Assembly: GCA_041690355.1 (NCBI GenBank)
Contig: JAWLHK010000004.1
Span: 186,001 to 250,000, forward strand
Source: a bacterium
Lineage (GTDB): Bacteria > J088 > JAWLBW01
Direction of reading: 5' to 3'
Length of the DNA: 64,000 nucleotides
How positions within the stretch are numbered: position 1 is the first letter of the stretch; each line of letters begins with the position of its first letter. Position numbers and translations under genes: made by a program. The notes under the pieces were generated by a model. That model was not told the origin of the DNA and searched no databases. It was given only the letters and a program-made list of their open reading frames with translations. Positions 63,086 to 64,000 of the stretch are shown here, piece after piece.

Positions 63086-64000
63086 CTACAGCCCGGCAGA
63101 CTCAATCAAATCGTAGAGCGCCACCAGGAAGTTGTACCCCTGTGGATCGCGCGCCATCTCGAGCTCCCGTCCCCAGTACCAGAGGTCGGGCACGGTGCGC
63201 AGATACCCGAACGGATAGCTGGTGAAGCTCTCCCGGTCGACCGCGAGCTCGTCCAGGGGAAATCGATAGGTACCCGCCTGACGCGCGGCCAGCGCGATCC
63301 CGCGATCACGAAGCGATTCGGCACGGGCCAGCGCGCGGGCCCAAGCGAGGTCGTCGCCGCGCACGCCGGCGAGTACGACGTCGTAAAGAGACCGCATGAA
63401 GCGCGCGCGTATGGCATTCATCTGCAGGCCCAGCAGAAACTCCCGGTGGATGCGGCGGGGCGGCGCGGGAATGCGGTCGCCGAGCGTAGCCCAGCGCTGT
63501 GCATGTCCTTCACTCTCTTCAACGATGCCGTCGAGCTGGGGCAGTTCGGCGGCGGCAAAGGCCTCGGCCGCAGCGAGGTCCATTTTCGCGACTTCGTAGA
63601 GCCGCACCCGGATGGGCTGCGCGTGGATATCCGCGAAGTGCCCGATATCATCCGCGGCGTCCCAGGCAATGAGCCAGCGGATACCGTTCTTCTCGAGCAG
63701 TTCGTCGCCCTGCCAGCGGGTGTGCGCGTCGAAGGCGGCGACCGCGTCATCGGCCGCGGAACCGAACATGCTGAAGACGCGGCGCACGGGCGCGAGATAG
63801 TCGGCATCGGGAGCGTAAACGTGCCAGGCCGCCGCCAGATCGTTCAGCCAGTATCCCCATTCGAAACCCGAACTGAAGTTGATCTGCCCGTCCATGCCGC
63901 TGTCGCGCAGGTTGTACAGATCGAGCCAGCGCGCGTAGACGTACTGGGGAAGAAAGAGCGGGATGTCGTTGTCGAACGTCACCCAGTAGGCCGTCTCGGG
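63086..64000 (-). CDS. Uncharacterised protein, 3' part (runs off window end)
   Basis: Open frame to the edge: PETAYWVTFDNDIPLFLP...FSSGFEWGYWLND...YPFGYL...YWGRE; coding-like composition. Confidence 0.75.
   Translation of the reverse strand, partial: PETAYWVTFDNDIPLFLPQYVYARWLDLYNLRDSGMDGQINFSSGFEWGYWLNDLAAAWHVYAPDADYLAPVRRVFSMFGSAADDAVAAFDAHTRWQGDELLEKNGIRWLIAWDAADDIGHFADIHAQPIRVRLYEVAKMDLAAAEAFAAAELPQLDGIVEESEGHAQRWATLGDRIPAPPRRIHREFLLGLQMNAIRARFMRSLYDVVLAGVRGDDLAWARALARAESLRDRGIALAARQAGTYRFPLDELAVDRESFTSYPFGYLRTVPDLWYWGRELEMARDPQGYNFLVALYDLIESAGL

Noticed and set aside
1-64000. Mobile elements, prophage, tRNA/rRNA, defence systems
   Set aside because: No transposase, integrase, phage structural, restriction or cas motifs and no tRNA/rRNA-like sequence recognised.

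Overview
GC-rich bacterial chromosomal window, probably Myxococcota or a related deltaproteobacterium (inferred from a MYXO-CTERM-like tail, a TIGR02266-like PilZ domain and many lipoproteins). It is densely coding with about 55 genes. I found no rRNA, tRNA, CRISPR array, transposase, integrase or phage gene. Housekeeping genes include the recN 3' end, argA-like GNAT, tldE/pmbA, PP2C phosphatase, M23 peptidase, rfaE2, trxB and xth. It also holds a TPR-metallopeptidase/MoxR/DUF58/BatA/DUF4159/GATase-like operon, several envelope loci, lipid-metabolism genes, PhoX coupled to a di-haem protein, an RND pump and an FG-GAP lipoprotein. The best candidate for a new system is a tightly packed four-gene minus-strand operon (28220-31755): DUF547, an in-frame fusion of a thioredoxin-type arsenate reductase (ArsC; Cys9-X5-Arg15, Cys81, Cys88, Asp103 intact) with a full-length methylthioadenosine phosphorylase, a DedA/TVP38 membrane protein and a TIGR04283-like glycosyltransferase. 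This suggests an arseno-nucleoside/arsenosugar processing module. Three small ORFs not separately listed in the ORF track (39, 33 and 66 aa), likely leaderless promoters and short tandem repeats between convergent genes were also found. All family assignments come from motif recognition by eye; no database search was run.
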